A stretch of DNA of 41,880 bases from Candidatus Dojkabacteria bacterium (GCA_030583685.1 CP129470.1:701412-743291); one strand, 5' to 3'; positions 15,191-24,896 are shown, counted from the stretch's first letter. Translations and numbers: made by a program. Notes: generated by a model from the letters alone, not told the origin.

Positions 15191-15406
15191 GTGAGAAATC
15201 AGAAATTGTATATCGATAAGCCGAAAAGAAAGCTCTTTGCCGACGCATTTGTTGCAGGAGTTGGCTGGGGAATTGGAACAATTCTTGGAGCTGCACTGCT
15301 TTTTGCGCTATTGGGAATATTAGTGACACGTGTACAAGCAATACCCTTTGTTGGAGAATTCGTGTACAATGTGATAGTCGAAGTCCAAGAGCTTCAAGGG
15401 AAATAA
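15191..15406 (+). CDS. small single-TM membrane protein
   Basis: 71-aa ORF with a GTG start, a basic N-terminus and the TM segment FVAGVGWGIGTILGAALLFALLGILV. Confidence 0.4.
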   Translation: MRNQKLYIDKPKRKLFADAFVAGVGWGIGTILGAALLFALLGILVTRVQAIPFVGEFVYNVIVEVQELQGK

Positions 15407-15422
15407 GTTTACTGCCCAGAGT

Positions 15423-15686
15423 ATGATTGAATTACAAGTTGCATTGCAAGTTCTTGCAATTATTGCGTTACTACTCTTTATTGGAGTACTGGTATATGTG
15501 TTTTACTTGCTTGGTAAGGTGAATAAGAAGCTCGATACGATTATTGAAATTCTGACCTACTACGAGAGAGTTAAGTCGATAGTTACTGACTTTGCGAATG
15601 GTCCAGGTAAGCTTTATTTAAGCATCTTTCAATCAGTGATGTCTTATGTGACACCATTGTTGACAAGACGCAAGAAAAACAACTAG
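15423..15686 (+). CDS. small N-terminally anchored membrane protein (DUF948-like layout)
   Basis: 87-aa ORF. TM segment LAIIALLLFIGVLVYVFYLL is followed by a helical region and a basic tail. Confidence 0.45.
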   Translation: MIELQVALQVLAIIALLLFIGVLVYVFYLLGKVNKKLDTIIEILTYYERVKSIVTDFANGPGKLYLSIFQSVMSYVTPLLTRRKKNN

Positions 15687-15688
15687 AA

Positions 15689-17206
15689 TTGGGCATGAAA
15701 AAATTTGGAATATTCCTGCTAGTATGGCTGCTCAGTTTACTGTCAATCATTCAACCTGTGTTGGCACAATCAGAAGATTGTGAAAACCCAATCCCCGCCT
15801 TGTATACCGTGAAAAATGACGAGAAATATGCGCAAACAAGTAGCGAGTTCGGTGACAACTTAAAAGTAACAGGAACAGGATCGACCTCACGATGGGTAGA
15901 TACAGAGGGAATATTAAATGGATTAACGATAATTCCCGATTGTAATCCAATCAAGCAAAGTGTCTTACAACGAAACCCTCACTTGGCGTATGGTTTAACA
16001 CAGAACACAGGCGGCTTAATGCTTAATGCATTTTTAAATAGTCCAACCAATAATATCCCTGTATTTTATGCGCAAATGTTGTTACCAAAGGAGATCTGGC
16101 AACAAGGCGGAGGAACTGCGTTGGCACAACGAACGGAACCTCCTAACGGAGAATCTGCAACCGTATACCTAGGAAGTGATGGGCTTGGGATGAATAGATT
16201 ATGGAGTATTAGTTTTACACTTGCAATGGGAATCCTGGTCGTTATTTTGATAATTGCAGGGTTTATGATTATGTTTCGAAGTAAAGCCGGAGGACAAGTC
16301 GTCGTTACTATTTCCATGGCGTTGCAAAATGCGATTATCGGTGCATTTCTCGCGCTCGCGAGCTATGCAATTGGCTCATTCTTTTTGAATTTCTCAAAAT
16401 ATTTAGTGCTTGTTGTTGCGTTCTTTTTCCAAGATATATTTAATGATTATGGTATTGACGTGATTTATATTAATGGTCCGTGGAATCTGTTTAGGGATTT
16501 TATTGGGACGACAGTGTGGGGAACACTGCATAGTGATATAACTTCTTGGTGGAAGATGGCAGGTGATAGTATTGTCGGATCTGCGTTGGGGATTACAGAA
16601 GACATGCCAGAAGCGTTTCAGAAAGTGTTTGTTCATTTTTCGGCTTATACTGCCGGAACAACAGTAACTCTACTCACGATAATGGTAAGAACAATAATTT
16701 CCGGTGCGTTACTTATTACAACGTTAAGAATTTTCTGGGTAGTGCTTTCAACGTATATTAAAATGGTGATTGATATTGTCCTTGCTCCACTCTTATTGAT
16801 GATTTCTTCTTTACCTGGAAAACAATCTGGATTTAATACATGGCTTAGCAGAATGTTTAAGAATTCAATTACGATTCCAATCATGTTTGCATTTGTCAAC
16901 GTTGCGGCGTATATGGCCTATGCCGTTGCAACTTCGAGTGCTGGATGTGCCGGGGAAGGCAAAAGTATCCTAACTTGTATAACCGGAGGAATGATTCCTT
17001 CTGGCGCCGCCACAATGACAGACAACTTTATGGCTATAGTTGGGCCTTCAGCGGTGGTAGCGCTTGTCATGTTGAATATGGTTCCAACGGTACCAATTAT
17101 GGTTCAAGAAATGTTTAATCCAAAGGGTGGTGATATAAGCAAAGCATGGGATGGAGCCAAGAAAACATTGCAATCTACACCAGTTATCGGTGGATTATTT
17201 CAATAG
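15689..17206 (+). CDS. polytopic membrane protein with cleavable signal peptide (VirB6/TrbL-like topology only)
   Basis: 505 aa. Signal peptide MGMKKFGIFLLVWLLSLLSIIQPVLA-QSED. An extracytoplasmic domain of about 140 aa carries a Cys pair, followed by about 7-8 hydrophobic segments. Confidence 0.55.
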   Translation: MGMKKFGIFLLVWLLSLLSIIQPVLAQSEDCENPIPALYTVKNDEKYAQTSSEFGDNLKVTGTGSTSRWVDTEGILNGLTIIPDCNPIKQSVLQRNPHLAYGLTQNTGGLMLNAFLNSPTNNIPVFYAQMLLPKEIWQQGGGTALAQRTEPPNGESATVYLGSDGLGMNRLWSISFTLAMGILVVILIIAGFMIMFRSKAGGQVVVTISMALQNAIIGAFLALASYAIGSFFLNFSKYLVLVVAFFFQDIFNDYGIDVIYINGPWNLFRDFIGTTVWGTLHSDITSWWKMAGDSIVGSALGITEDMPEAFQKVFVHFSAYTAGTTVTLLTIMVRTIISGALLITTLRIFWVVLSTYIKMVIDIVLAPLLLMISSLPGKQSGFNTWLSRMFKNSITIPIMFAFVNVAAYMAYAVATSSAGCAGEGKSILTCITGGMIPSGAATMTDNFMAIVGPSAVVALVMLNMVPTVPIMVQEMFNPKGGDISKAWDGAKKTLQSTPVIGGLFQ

Positions 17207-17225
17207 TTCTTAACTCTTAAACAAT

Positions 17226-20162
17226 ATGGCAGGAGATAATAATGCATCATTAAGCGCATTGGGACAGTTTTATGATGCACTTTATGAACTTGCGCGTAAA
17301 CAAAGTCGAGATCATGGTCCTGCTTCTCTTCCAGATTTAGTTCCCGGGCAGGTGAGTGATGAAATCGCTGCAGGAATTATTTCTGCAGCATCCGCTCTTT
17401 CAGGTATGAGTCCAGATGGAGCAAACCTTCCTGGATTTGCTGTGGCGAAAGTTCAAAGTATCTTTGAAGGCTTGGGCACAAGTGTTGGTTTTACCCCTTC
17501 CTCACTTGAACAATTAAGAGAGTCATTTGCTTACTTGCAAAATGACGGAGTAGTGAATGTTAATCTTCAGGCTGAGGTAAAACCCCCAGCACTAACACTC
17601 TCTGCAGATACAGTAAAAGGGGCTATGCTTGATCCGAATGGGCTTGCCAACAGTATCGCGGACAAATATTGGAACGCTAAAGTAAATCAGAGAGTTTTAG
17701 AGTTTATTAACGCCTTAGGGGGCGAAGAGCCATCAGTGCAGCTGGGAACTGCATATTTATTATCGAGAGCAGCGGGTGTCGATGCAGATCTTGCAACAGC
17801 AGTCGTTACATCAAAGGAGGTTGAGTGGAAAAAGGCTTCTCCTGTTGCAATATCCCCTGATAAAGAAAAAGGATATTTTGAGCAAAGGAGTGCGAATGCT
17901 GATGCAGCAAAATATGAAGGGGCATTGAGTACTGCTGTTGCGGCGTATGCGGGAATGACGAATCCAGTTGAACGAACAGAGTTCGCCGATTATTATAACA
18001 ATACCTTAAAAGATAAGGTTCTTGAAGAGTATAACCGGTTAGTAGCAGGAACAGGAGAACCCCCGGTTTACGAATTTGAGAAATTGTTCAAGTCAAAGTC
18101 GTTATCAGATCTAGCTAAGACGCCAGGCGGTATGTCCGCAGCAGGGTTGTTTGCTCCTGGAGCTACCGGGGTATATATCCAGCAAGCATTTAGTCAGGCC
18201 ATTTCAGCAGAACTTCTCAACACAGGAAATTCAACCACAGTCGCCCACGGATTGCAGCAGATGTTCTCACAAGTTAATGCACCAAACAAATTTGCAAGTT
18301 TTATTGGAGGGATGTATGAAGCCAAGATAGATAAGGGGGGAAGCCTTAAAGGTATCGTAAAATTAGGACTTGACGAACTACAAGGTACGTTTGGAGCAGG
18401 AAGAGGACTTAATTTTGCAAAACAGACGCTGGATAACCCAAATACCTTTTTGTTCGATCGTCGAGGTGCAGTCAATCAACTAGGGTATTTGTACCAGCGA
18501 TGGAATACTATGCCAACCTTAAACAAAATTTTTACGCCTGTTGGTCTTTTCACGGGTTCATCATGGTTGGATTTGGCAAATTGGACGGGTGCGGTCACCT
18601 TTAATAAATTCAGTAACCCTGGGCTGTTTCCTGTGTATCAACTGTTTCAAGGAAATGACAAAATTAATGATCTTGCGACTGCAAACTTTGGGAAGAGAAG
18701 TTTTAAAAAAGCGGAAGGAGCGGTAATGGCGATGCAACTTAAATTGGAGAAAAATTTAAGAGATTCGAAATTTGCGGCGAACTCAGTGATTGCAAACCAA
18801 TTAGCAAAGGAAAGAGCTAAGATTGAGTCAAAATTGAATCATCTTACCGATAGATTTAACGTTGTAAAGGCGGAGTTCGGAATTTTTGGCGGAAACAAAT
18901 GGGGATACAAACCTGTTGCTGTTCTCTCCCATAAAGCAGGGTATCTTTCCAAGATGTCGTATACGCTTTACGCGTTTAGTCCTGGGGCGTTTTTTGGAGG
19001 ATTATTGAACGGTGATACGTTTCAGCGACTTGCCTGGATTGGAACAGGGTTTGGAAAACATATCAATAACAGGGATGGGTGGTTACTAATGGGAAGAGTA
19101 TCACACTTTATGCTGAATAACCGAATATACCGAGGAATTGCAAATGTATCTCGTACTGTTGCGTATGTTGTTAACTTGCCCAAAGAGTTATTAAATGTTG
19201 TCGTCGCTAGAGTTTCCGTTGCTGCACAGCGACTAGGGAAGTTAGTGGTGGAAAAGACAGTTGTAGCTTTGGCGAAAAAGGTACTTGGAAAAACCCTCTA
19301 TGCAACACTATCTGCCGCTCTTGCATACATTACCGCTGGTGTCAGTAAGGTGCTGCAATGGGCCTACAATATCACAAACTTTGTAACATTTGGGACACTG
19401 GACAAAATTACTGGTGCTATGCTCCGAATACTCATGCAGGTTATTATCGGATTAGGGATGGGGTTACTTGCTTTGTCCATGATGGGCTTGCAGTCATTTC
19501 ACGAACTTGGCGGGCCTTCATACATCACCCAAAACCTCGGTTCGGGGGGGTTGTTTGCACCAGATCCTGGGTATAGTCCTACTCTTGAACATATTGACGA
19601 TCCAACCGCTCCTTCGTCTCCAGGAGAAATTGGATATCCTCCCGATGCTCCAGGGGGACCAACATATTCTGGGTCATGCCAAGAAATTTTTGCACAAGTA
19701 AGAGCAGAAAGTATATTTAACGGTACAAACGCTAAGAATGGGACACTCATTACTCCTAATTCCGGAAAACCTTGGTGTGATGCATTTGGGTCTCCGGTTG
19801 TTCGTTGTCGCTTTCAAGAAATTGATCCGTGGTGTAGAAGGTGTCCGAATTCAGCAGGTAGATTGTTTCGTCACGAGTTGACGCATGTCGCAAAATCAGG
19901 TTCAGAGTTTTGTGCTGAACTAGTCGGAGATAACGGTGGTGGTTATGCGTTCCAGGCGCCAGATTTGTTTAATGGAAGTACTGCTTGGTTTACTGCGACT
20001 CAAATTGGTGAGACATTGGCCGCAAATACTGGCCTCCCAATGCTTACATTAAAAAGGGCATGCGTTGGAGACGCCCTTGCACTACAACAAGTTTCAAGAA
20101 AAGGTATCAATTTAGCAAAATATAATTCTCCACAAGGCAAAAGAACTGTAAGTTGTTACTAA
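17226..20162 (+). CDS. 978-aa membrane-anchored protein with Cys-rich C-terminal HExxH domain
   Basis: No signal peptide. An Ala/Gly-rich region of about 730 aa precedes the TM segment MLRILMQVIIGLGMGLLALSMMGL (19419-19493). A Pro-rich linker and a roughly 220-aa domain with 9 Cys and RLFRHELTHV (HExxH at 19872-19886) follow. Confidence 0.55.
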   Translation: MAGDNNASLSALGQFYDALYELARKQSRDHGPASLPDLVPGQVSDEIAAGIISAASALSGMSPDGANLPGFAVAKVQSIFEGLGTSVGFTPSSLEQLRESFAYLQNDGVVNVNLQAEVKPPALTLSADTVKGAMLDPNGLANSIADKYWNAKVNQRVLEFINALGGEEPSVQLGTAYLLSRAAGVDADLATAVVTSKEVEWKKASPVAISPDKEKGYFEQRSANADAAKYEGALSTAVAAYAGMTNPVERTEFADYYNNTLKDKVLEEYNRLVAGTGEPPVYEFEKLFKSKSLSDLAKTPGGMSAAGLFAPGATGVYIQQAFSQAISAELLNTGNSTTVAHGLQQMFSQVNAPNKFASFIGGMYEAKIDKGGSLKGIVKLGLDELQGTFGAGRGLNFAKQTLDNPNTFLFDRRGAVNQLGYLYQRWNTMPTLNKIFTPVGLFTGSSWLDLANWTGAVTFNKFSNPGLFPVYQLFQGNDKINDLATANFGKRSFKKAEGAVMAMQLKLEKNLRDSKFAANSVIANQLAKERAKIESKLNHLTDRFNVVKAEFGIFGGNKWGYKPVAVLSHKAGYLSKMSYTLYAFSPGAFFGGLLNGDTFQRLAWIGTGFGKHINNRDGWLLMGRVSHFMLNNRIYRGIANVSRTVAYVVNLPKELLNVVVARVSVAAQRLGKLVVEKTVVALAKKVLGKTLYATLSAALAYITAGVSKVLQWAYNITNFVTFGTLDKITGAMLRILMQVIIGLGMGLLALSMMGLQSFHELGGPSYITQNLGSGGLFAPDPGYSPTLEHIDDPTAPSSPGEIGYPPDAPGGPTYSGSCQEIFAQVRAESIFNGTNAKNGTLITPNSGKPWCDAFGSPVVRCRFQEIDPWCRRCPNSAGRLFRHELTHVAKSGSEFCAELVGDNGGGYAFQAPDLFNGSTAWFTATQIGETLAANTGLPMLTLKRACVGDALALQQVSRKGINLAKYNSPQGKRTVSCY

Positions 20163-20203
20163 TCCCCCCTTGCCCAATCATTATTACCAGGTATAATGGA
20201 ATA

Positions 20204-21328
20204 ATGAAGACTTGGTTTCCACTAATTTGTACTTTGCTTCTTGGACACTTATTGCTTATCCCTCTGGTGTCAGCACAAACAGCGCCACAGGAGTATTTCC
20301 CAATCAACTGTGATCGTACGAAGGGAAATTATCGAGTTATGGATACGCTCGTTCTAGTCCCACTCACTGACGATTTGACTTTACAAACCGGCAAAACTGC
20401 AGAGGAACTCGCAAAAAACCTCTTTTATGAATTTGCATATGTTCGGGGGAATAACGTAGCGCCAATCAATGCCTTGACCCACGGTGGTCAGTTTATATCG
20501 CTAACGTGTGATTACCCTGACTATTTGGCAAATGTCGTTATGGCTGAGAATGCTGGTTATTATATTCTTGGAGTTTCTGGAGAGCTTCCAACAGCCTTGG
20601 TTCAAGAAGTTATTAATTCCCTTAAACTAACGAAAATAATTCAGGCTGAGCTCGTTTCCGTTACTGATGAAAAAAATACAACAATAGCACTTGCAAATGA
20701 GAAGAATTGCACAGTGCTTTGCCAAGGAATCAAACCAAGTTCCCAAGGAACTGAAAAACGCTCATATGCAATTGAATTGTCAGAACCAGTCTATTCAAAG
20801 AGTGTGAGACAGAAAGAACTCGTTTCGTTTTCCGTACAGGTTAAAAATACGAGCGAATTTCCCATCTATCCGTCAGGTGCTGGCGCAGTTTCCTTGCAAA
20901 CGACTGCGCGGGGAATCTCCCCGTTGTATCATGCTTCTTGGTTGTCACCGGGTATAATTGCTCGACTTCCTGGAATTCTCTTGCCAGGTGATGAAACTGC
21001 AATGTCAGTAACCCTCGGATCGCCGTTACTTCCTGGAAAGTATTCTGAAAGTTTTGTCATTAAAATGGGAAGCACTCAGGTGGGAAAGCAAATTCCCGTA
21101 TCTTTTTCGGTTGAAAATGATAACTTCAAACTGGGAAGAGTAATCTCTCGTGATGGCGCAGATTTTGTTAATCTACGAGAAACTCCAAATTTGCGTGGCC
21201 CAATTGTGAACCGACTTGATATTGGAACATATGTTATCATCAAAGGGTACCAAGACGCGTGGGTGCGTATTGAAACAAAAGAAGGAAGGACTGGATGGAT
21301 ATACAAGCCGTTTCTTCGAGAATTGTAA
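20204..21328 (+). CDS. secreted protein with Ig-like middle domain and C-terminal bacterial SH3 domain
   Basis: Signal peptide MKTWFPLICTLLLGHLLLIPLVSA-QT. The C-terminus GRVISRDGADFVNLRETPNLRGPIVNRLDIGTYVIIKGYQDAWVRIETKEGRTGWIYKPFL is SH3b-like. TATAAT (20192-20197) lies 6 nt upstream of the ATG. Confidence 0.6.
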   Translation: MKTWFPLICTLLLGHLLLIPLVSAQTAPQEYFPINCDRTKGNYRVMDTLVLVPLTDDLTLQTGKTAEELAKNLFYEFAYVRGNNVAPINALTHGGQFISLTCDYPDYLANVVMAENAGYYILGVSGELPTALVQEVINSLKLTKIIQAELVSVTDEKNTTIALANEKNCTVLCQGIKPSSQGTEKRSYAIELSEPVYSKSVRQKELVSFSVQVKNTSEFPIYPSGAGAVSLQTTARGISPLYHASWLSPGIIARLPGILLPGDETAMSVTLGSPLLPGKYSESFVIKMGSTQVGKQIPVSFSVENDNFKLGRVISRDGADFVNLRETPNLRGPIVNRLDIGTYVIIKGYQDAWVRIETKEGRTGWIYKPFLREL

Positions 21329-21346
21329 GTTGTATGGTAATTTCAT

Positions 21347-23347
21347 ATGGGAACTTTAGAGGGATTAAACGCTGCGCAACGTGCTGCGGTAGAAGCATGT
21401 GATGGACCGCTATTAATTTTGGCAGGTGCAGGTTCAGGGAAAACACGAGTTCTCACCATGAAAATAGCTCATTTGATTACCGAACTACAGTATAGACCTG
21501 ATTCTATCTTGGCCGTTACCTTTACGAAAAAAGCGGCAAATGAGATGCAGGAGCGAATTGCGCAATTGCTTCCTCCTGAAATGCAAGATCGGAAACCATT
21601 TGTTGGGACATTTCATTCATTTGGCGCCTACTTATTGCGTCGTCATGCTCAGGAGATTGGGCTTGACCGCTCGTTTACGATTTACGATCAAGATGACCAA
21701 CTTTCTGTTGTCAAGGCAATTTGTAAAGATTTGGAAATCAGCCAGAATTTCAAACCAAATTTGATTCATGACAAAATTTCGGATGCAAAAAATAAGGGGA
21801 TTGCTGCGAGTGAATACTTTGAAAACAGTTATGGAGATGATTTTGATGAAATTGTCTCGAAAGTGTATAAGGAATATGTACGCAGATTGCAAGCACAAAA
21901 CGCAGTTGATTTTGACGATTTACTGTCATTAGTAGTGAAATTATTCGATACAAAACCAGAAATACTCGCACGGTATCAACAACAATTCCACTATGTTCTC
22001 GTTGATGAATATCAAGATACAAATATGGAACAATATCGAATTGTTCGAGCTTTAGCAAAAGTTCATCGGCATTTATGCGTGGTGGGTGATGAAGATCAAT
22101 CAATTTATTCTTGGCGTGGTGCAACAATCGATAATATAAGATTCTTTCAGAAAGATTTCCAAGAACATAAGATCGTTAAGTTGGAGCAGAATTACCGTTC
22201 GACAAAAGTGATTCTTGAGGCGGCAAATCATGTGATTTCTAAAAATCCGAATAGAATCCCTAAAGCGTTATGGACTGAAAAATCTCAAGAATTTCCTATT
22301 ATAATTAATAGGCTGGATGATCCATTCTCTGAGGCGATGCAGGTTTTACGAGAATTACAAAAGTACCAAAGTAATCTTGATGAAGTTGCCGTGTTATACC
22401 GAGTTAACTCACTATCGCGAAGTTTTGAAGAAGTTTTCGTAAAATTTGGAGTACCCTACAAATTAGTTGGGGGCGTTGGCTTTTATCACCGCATGGAAGT
22501 GAAAGATGTCCTCGCATACATTAAATTTGTAAGTAACCCCAAAGATGAGGTCAGTTTATTGCGTATCATCAATACTCCTTCTCGAAAAATTGGAGACGGA
22601 GCAATTAAAAATTTCCGTGAGGTAGCACGTGCATCACGGTTGACTTTTGCGGAGTTTGTTTGGTATGGAGCCCTCGTTTCACATGATCCAGAATTTTCCC
22701 GAGCGATGGTGAGTGATGACTTTCTCTTAAAAATCCAAGAGGCTGGGAATACGGTATTTACTAAGTTCCCTCAACTCTTTGAGCAGCTTGGGCAAGCGAT
22801 TAAATCGTCTTTTGATCCTGAAATCGACATCTCAAGTTACATTATGAAGGTGGTTGACAGTGTTGGATATAAATCCTGGATTGAAAAAATGGCAAGTACT
22901 AAGGAAGAAATCATTTCTCGTACTGCAAACGTACAAGAACTTGCTGCAGTTGCAGAAAGAAATAAGTATGTTGGGCGAGAAGGATTAATGAAATTTCTAG
23001 AAGACGTCGCGCTTGTTGAAGAAGCAAAAGAAGTTGCAGATGATGTTCACGGCCCTGTCCATGGTAAAGTACACTTAATGTCAATTCATGCGGCAAAAGG
23101 CCTTGAATTTGGGACGGTATTTCTTGTTGGTCTCGAAGAAGGAATATTCCCACACAATCGTTCCTTGGAAAATCCTGTTCAAATGCAAGAGGAACGCCGG
23201 TTGTTTTATGTGGCTATCACTCGAGCAAAAGAGCACTTATATCTCTCAAGTTCACGCAAACGACAACTGGGAAGCATGATGTTCGAAACGGTTCCTTCGC
23301 AGTACATCACTGACATCCCTGATAAATTGAAAATTGCGATGTCATGA
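21347..23347 (+). CDS. pcrA: UvrD/PcrA-family ATP-dependent DNA helicase
   Basis: Walker A AGAGSGKT, motif II DEYQDTN, plus QNYRS and VTFTKKAA motifs. 666 aa. Confidence 0.9.
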   Translation: MGTLEGLNAAQRAAVEACDGPLLILAGAGSGKTRVLTMKIAHLITELQYRPDSILAVTFTKKAANEMQERIAQLLPPEMQDRKPFVGTFHSFGAYLLRRHAQEIGLDRSFTIYDQDDQLSVVKAICKDLEISQNFKPNLIHDKISDAKNKGIAASEYFENSYGDDFDEIVSKVYKEYVRRLQAQNAVDFDDLLSLVVKLFDTKPEILARYQQQFHYVLVDEYQDTNMEQYRIVRALAKVHRHLCVVGDEDQSIYSWRGATIDNIRFFQKDFQEHKIVKLEQNYRSTKVILEAANHVISKNPNRIPKALWTEKSQEFPIIINRLDDPFSEAMQVLRELQKYQSNLDEVAVLYRVNSLSRSFEEVFVKFGVPYKLVGGVGFYHRMEVKDVLAYIKFVSNPKDEVSLLRIINTPSRKIGDGAIKNFREVARASRLTFAEFVWYGALVSHDPEFSRAMVSDDFLLKIQEAGNTVFTKFPQLFEQLGQAIKSSFDPEIDISSYIMKVVDSVGYKSWIEKMASTKEEIISRTANVQELAAVAERNKYVGREGLMKFLEDVALVEEAKEVADDVHGPVHGKVHLMSIHAAKGLEFGTVFLVGLEEGIFPHNRSLENPVQMQEERRLFYVAITRAKEHLYLSSSRKRQLGSMMFETVPSQYITDIPDKLKIAMS

Positions 23348-24198
23348 GAAGATGCCTTGCGGTTGTGCTCAGTATAGGGGTAGTCTCATTTTTTTTATCT
23401 CTCTCAGCCGTTTCTGCTCGTTCAATTTTTACTCAGTCGCTTCTTGAACCTCGTGTTTCTGCTCAAAGCACTCTCTGTGTAGCACATTACCCTGTTGTGC
23501 TTTCATTGCCAGGAAATGACGAATATAGAATGGTATGTCATACTAATTATGACCGTATATTCGAGGAATTTGGTTATCGTTACGAGGAATATGAAATCAC
23601 CTTCGATACGACAAAAAATGGGAAAAGGACCATAAAAGCAGTTCCGGTCACGAAAAAACGGATACTTACGTGGGAAAAAATTCCCTACTCCTCCGAGATT
23701 ACCTATACAAAAGAAGTACCTCATCGTAAAAAAATTGTTGACTCGCCAGGAAAGAATGGAAGACGAGGAATCGTGACAGAAGAAGTAACTTTTCCAGATG
23801 GAACGAAAAAGAAGAAGGTTGTTTCTCGATGGGTTGAACGTGAGCCGGTCGTCGAAATTGCCCGTATAGGGACACAATATGATTTAGCAGTCGAGGAAAT
23901 TAAAGGCACGCACGTGCATTATTGGAAGAAATTAACCGTATTGGCAACTTCATATGATAGCACTTGCCGTGGTTGCAATAATATTACGGCGACCGGTGCT
24001 TTCTTGCGAAAAGGAGTTGTCGCCGTGGATCCGAGAGTTATCCCCCTGTATACAAAAATGTACATACCTGGCTACGGTTTTGGGCAGGCGCTCGACACGG
24101 GAGGTTTTATCAAAGGAAATAGGATTGATTTGGCGTACGACGATATCCGTTACGGAGACTGGAGTCGACGATGGGTCACCATTTATCTGATTGATTAG
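23344..24198 (+). CDS. cell-wall protein with G5 and 3D (MltA/RlpA-like) domains
   Basis: Signal peptide or anchor, then the G5-like repeat EKIPYSSEITYTKEVPHRKKIVDSPGKNGRRGIVTEEV. The C-terminal 3D domain reads VAVDPRVIPLYTKMYIPGYGFGQALDTGGFIKGNRIDLAYDD. Confidence 0.7.
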   Translation: MRRCLAVVLSIGVVSFFLSLSAVSARSIFTQSLLEPRVSAQSTLCVAHYPVVLSLPGNDEYRMVCHTNYDRIFEEFGYRYEEYEITFDTTKNGKRTIKAVPVTKKRILTWEKIPYSSEITYTKEVPHRKKIVDSPGKNGRRGIVTEEVTFPDGTKKKKVVSRWVEREPVVEIARIGTQYDLAVEEIKGTHVHYWKKLTVLATSYDSTCRGCNNITATGAFLRKGVVAVDPRVIPLYTKMYIPGYGFGQALDTGGFIKGNRIDLAYDDIRYGDWSRRWVTIYLID

Positions 24199-24896
24199 TA
24201 ATGCTTAACAAGGTATTCCTGTTCGATAATAAAAGGCGAGAGTTGCCTTTTACAGATACGTTTCCAGACAGTTGTGTCTTCTGGACCATAATCTTGATTG
24301 GTCTGAAGATTAGCTAAAAAATCTTTTGGTGTCATCCAATAATTTTCTCCAAACTCATTTCTTTCTTGTAAAACACCAACAGGATCGTGGGAAACACAAT
24401 AATGATAAAACGTGTCTTCAAGAAGTTCGTTACGAGAATTTCGTTTTATACTGCGTAAAACACCAATAAAGGTAAATTGGGCTGCGAGGTTAGTTTCTTC
24501 AAGTAGCTTTCTGCGTGCCGCTGATACAATAGATTCTCCAAGCAGAATCTTTCCTGCAACTGAAGTCAAATCGCCGTAAAAAGGACTTCGTAATCGTTTT
24601 TGCACAAGTAATTCTGTGTAATTATTACGGAATACTGCGAGTGCGACAGAGTTCTTAAACAACTGTTGTGGTATTCCCTGCGCGTTCATTTTCGAGGCAA
24701 ACTGTTTACCTCGTTCAGAAAGCTGATAATGGCTATCTTTTTTTGTTAGGAACTCTTTCTTTACCAGTATTTGTAGATGGTAGTTAAACAAGTCGTTGTC
24801 GACACCTGGTATTTGTAATTCGCTGTATCGTTGAGGCAAAGGTTTTTGAAGCAATTTCGTGATAATCTGACGTTGCAGGTCATGAATTTCTTGCAT
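24195..24896 (-). CDS. winged-helix plus Nudix domain protein
   Basis: The N-terminal wHTH-like region (LFNYHLQILVKKEFL) is followed by the Nudix box GKILLGESIVSAARRKLLEETNL. TATACT lies 5 nt upstream of the ATG. Confidence 0.55.
   Translation of the reverse strand: MQEIHDLQRQIITKLLQKPLPQRYSELQIPGVDNDLFNYHLQILVKKEFLTKKDSHYQLSERGKQFASKMNAQGIPQQLFKNSVALAVFRNNYTELLVQKRLRSPFYGDLTSVAGKILLGESIVSAARRKLLEETNLAAQFTFIGVLRSIKRNSRNELLEDTFYHYCVSHDPVGVLQERNEFGENYWMTPKDFLANLQTNQDYGPEDTTVWKRICKRQLSPFIIEQEYLVKHY

Noticed and set aside
15689-20162. Calling the 505-aa and 978-aa membrane proteins a type IV secretion system (VirB6 plus VirB1/PrgK-like).
   Set aside because: Only the topology is similar. There is no VirB4/VirD4 ATPase, relaxase, pilin or VirB8-like gene in or near the cluster, and I recognise no diagnostic sequence motif. 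It is kept only as a loose analogy.
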